This document shows, one piece after another, positions 63,361-64,000 of a DNA stretch of 64,000 nucleotides; the first letter of the stretch is position 1; every line of letters begins with the position of its first letter. Both the position numbers and the translations under genes were made by a program. The notes under the pieces are model-generated. The model made no database searches. It was not told where the DNA came from and saw only the letters and a program-made list of their open reading frames with translations. Source of the stretch: Pyrinomonadaceae bacterium (GTDB lineage: Bacteria; Acidobacteriota; Blastocatellia; Pyrinomonadales; Pyrinomonadaceae); the NCBI GenBank assembly GCA_041749555.1, contig JBGTBC010000338.1, positions 5,057-69,056 of the forward strand, written 5' to 3'.

Positions 63361-64000
63361 ATGTTCCCTAGATCCTCTCGCTCTTTGTTCGCAGCGATCT
63401 TTGCCATTGTGTTTGCAGCTTCCGTGCTAATGATGAGCACGTTCGGCCCCTTTGCCGGTGCCGAGGGCGGGACGGAAGTGTCCTCGGGGATATTCGCGCC
63501 CACCATCACGGCGACGAAGACCGATTCGCTCGTGGCGACGGGCAACAATGGTGACGGAAGGGCCGATCCCGGAGACGAGATCGATTATACAGTCACGGTA
63601 CAAAACGGAGCCGCGCCGGGGGCGGGAAATGATGCGACCAACCTCGCTCTCTCGGACACGATAGACGCGAATACGACTTTAGACGGCGGATCTCTGGCGT
63701 CTTCCCCAGTGGGGGTGAATGATACGTTTCCCGTGACGGTGCTAGGCAACGTTTCGATCAACTCCGCGACGATCACAGGCGGTCCTTTCCGCGTTACTGC
63801 AAACGACTATCTCGGTCTGAATCCCGTAGCGACGATCGACTCATTTGACGCAACATCGGCGAATGGCGGCAACGTCACGATGGTGCAATCCGGTGCCAAC
63901 ATGGGTGAGTTCACCTATAACCCACCTCCGGGATTTGAGGGAACCGATACCTTCACCTACACGCTGACCGACAACGGGAACGCATCAAGTGCGGCTTCAA
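63361..64000 (+). CDS. large exported repeat protein (DUF11-like and cadherin/VCBS-like Ig repeats), N-terminal part only
   Basis: Absent from the ORF track because there is no stop in the window. My translation reads MFPRSSRSLFAAIFAIVFAASVLMMSTF (signal peptide) ...GDGRADPGDEIDYTVTVQNGAAPGAGNDATNLALSDTID... VTANDYLG...FTYNPPPGFEGTDTFTYTLTDNG. Confidence 0.75.
   Translation, partial: MFPRSSRSLFAAIFAIVFAASVLMMSTFGPFAGAEGGTEVSSGIFAPTITATKTDSLVATGNNGDGRADPGDEIDYTVTVQNGAAPGAGNDATNLALSDTIDANTTLDGGSLASSPVGVNDTFPVTVLGNVSINSATITGGPFRVTANDYLGLNPVATIDSFDATSANGGNVTMVQSGANMGEFTYNPPPGFEGTDTFTYTLTDNGNASSAAS

Noticed and set aside
1-64000. CRISPR arrays, rRNA genes, intact tRNA genes, and transposase or integrase genes.
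   Set aside because: I looked for regularly spaced identical repeats, T-arm/acceptor combinations and typical transposase or integrase motifs on both strands and found none. The only repeats are those listed above.

Overview
This is a chromosomal segment of a mid-GC, probably diderm bacterium. It carries about 75 protein-coding genes and I could not recognise any rRNA gene, tRNA gene or CRISPR array. All family names below come from reading the supplied or hand-made translations against motifs I remember; no database search was run. Most genes are housekeeping or core metabolism: futalosine menaquinone genes (mqnA plus an MqnC/MqnE-type radical SAM), class I ribonucleotide reductase nrdAB, ribF, truB, recX, tatA, hldD, asnB with a GT2 glycosyltransferase, bpt, pip, an acyl-CoA dehydrogenase, a fatty-acid desaturase, and an oxidative-damage cluster (bcp, a yggX-like gene, exported msrB, cytochrome b plus a molybdoenzyme). 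Accessory content: a VapBC pair (5.26-5.90 kb) and a small toxin-antitoxin islet (23.9-25.45 kb) holding a ParE/RelE pair, a DUF433/DUF5615 pair and an immunity-like gene with an in-frame TAG. Five things seem most worth a second look. (1) A 1.3-kb ORF-free, hairpin-dense region (61.9-63.26 kb) has two cUUCGg-capped stems, competing pairings, a G-depleted tract and three 19-bp-spaced direct repeats; it is a candidate for one or more unknown structured RNAs or an origin/operator-like element. (2) An 88-90 bp palindromic REP/BIME- or MITE-like element occurs twice, once inserted in frame inside an EthA-like monooxygenase gene, plus one solo arm. (3) An apparently intact 277-aa catalytic core of alanyl-tRNA synthetase lacks all downstream domains and its stop overlaps the start of an O-methyltransferase gene. 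(4) A 518-bp structured, repeat-bearing spacer lies upstream of ribF. (5) There are several interrupted genes (one frameshift, two in-frame stops). Start codons are often uncertain by a few codons.
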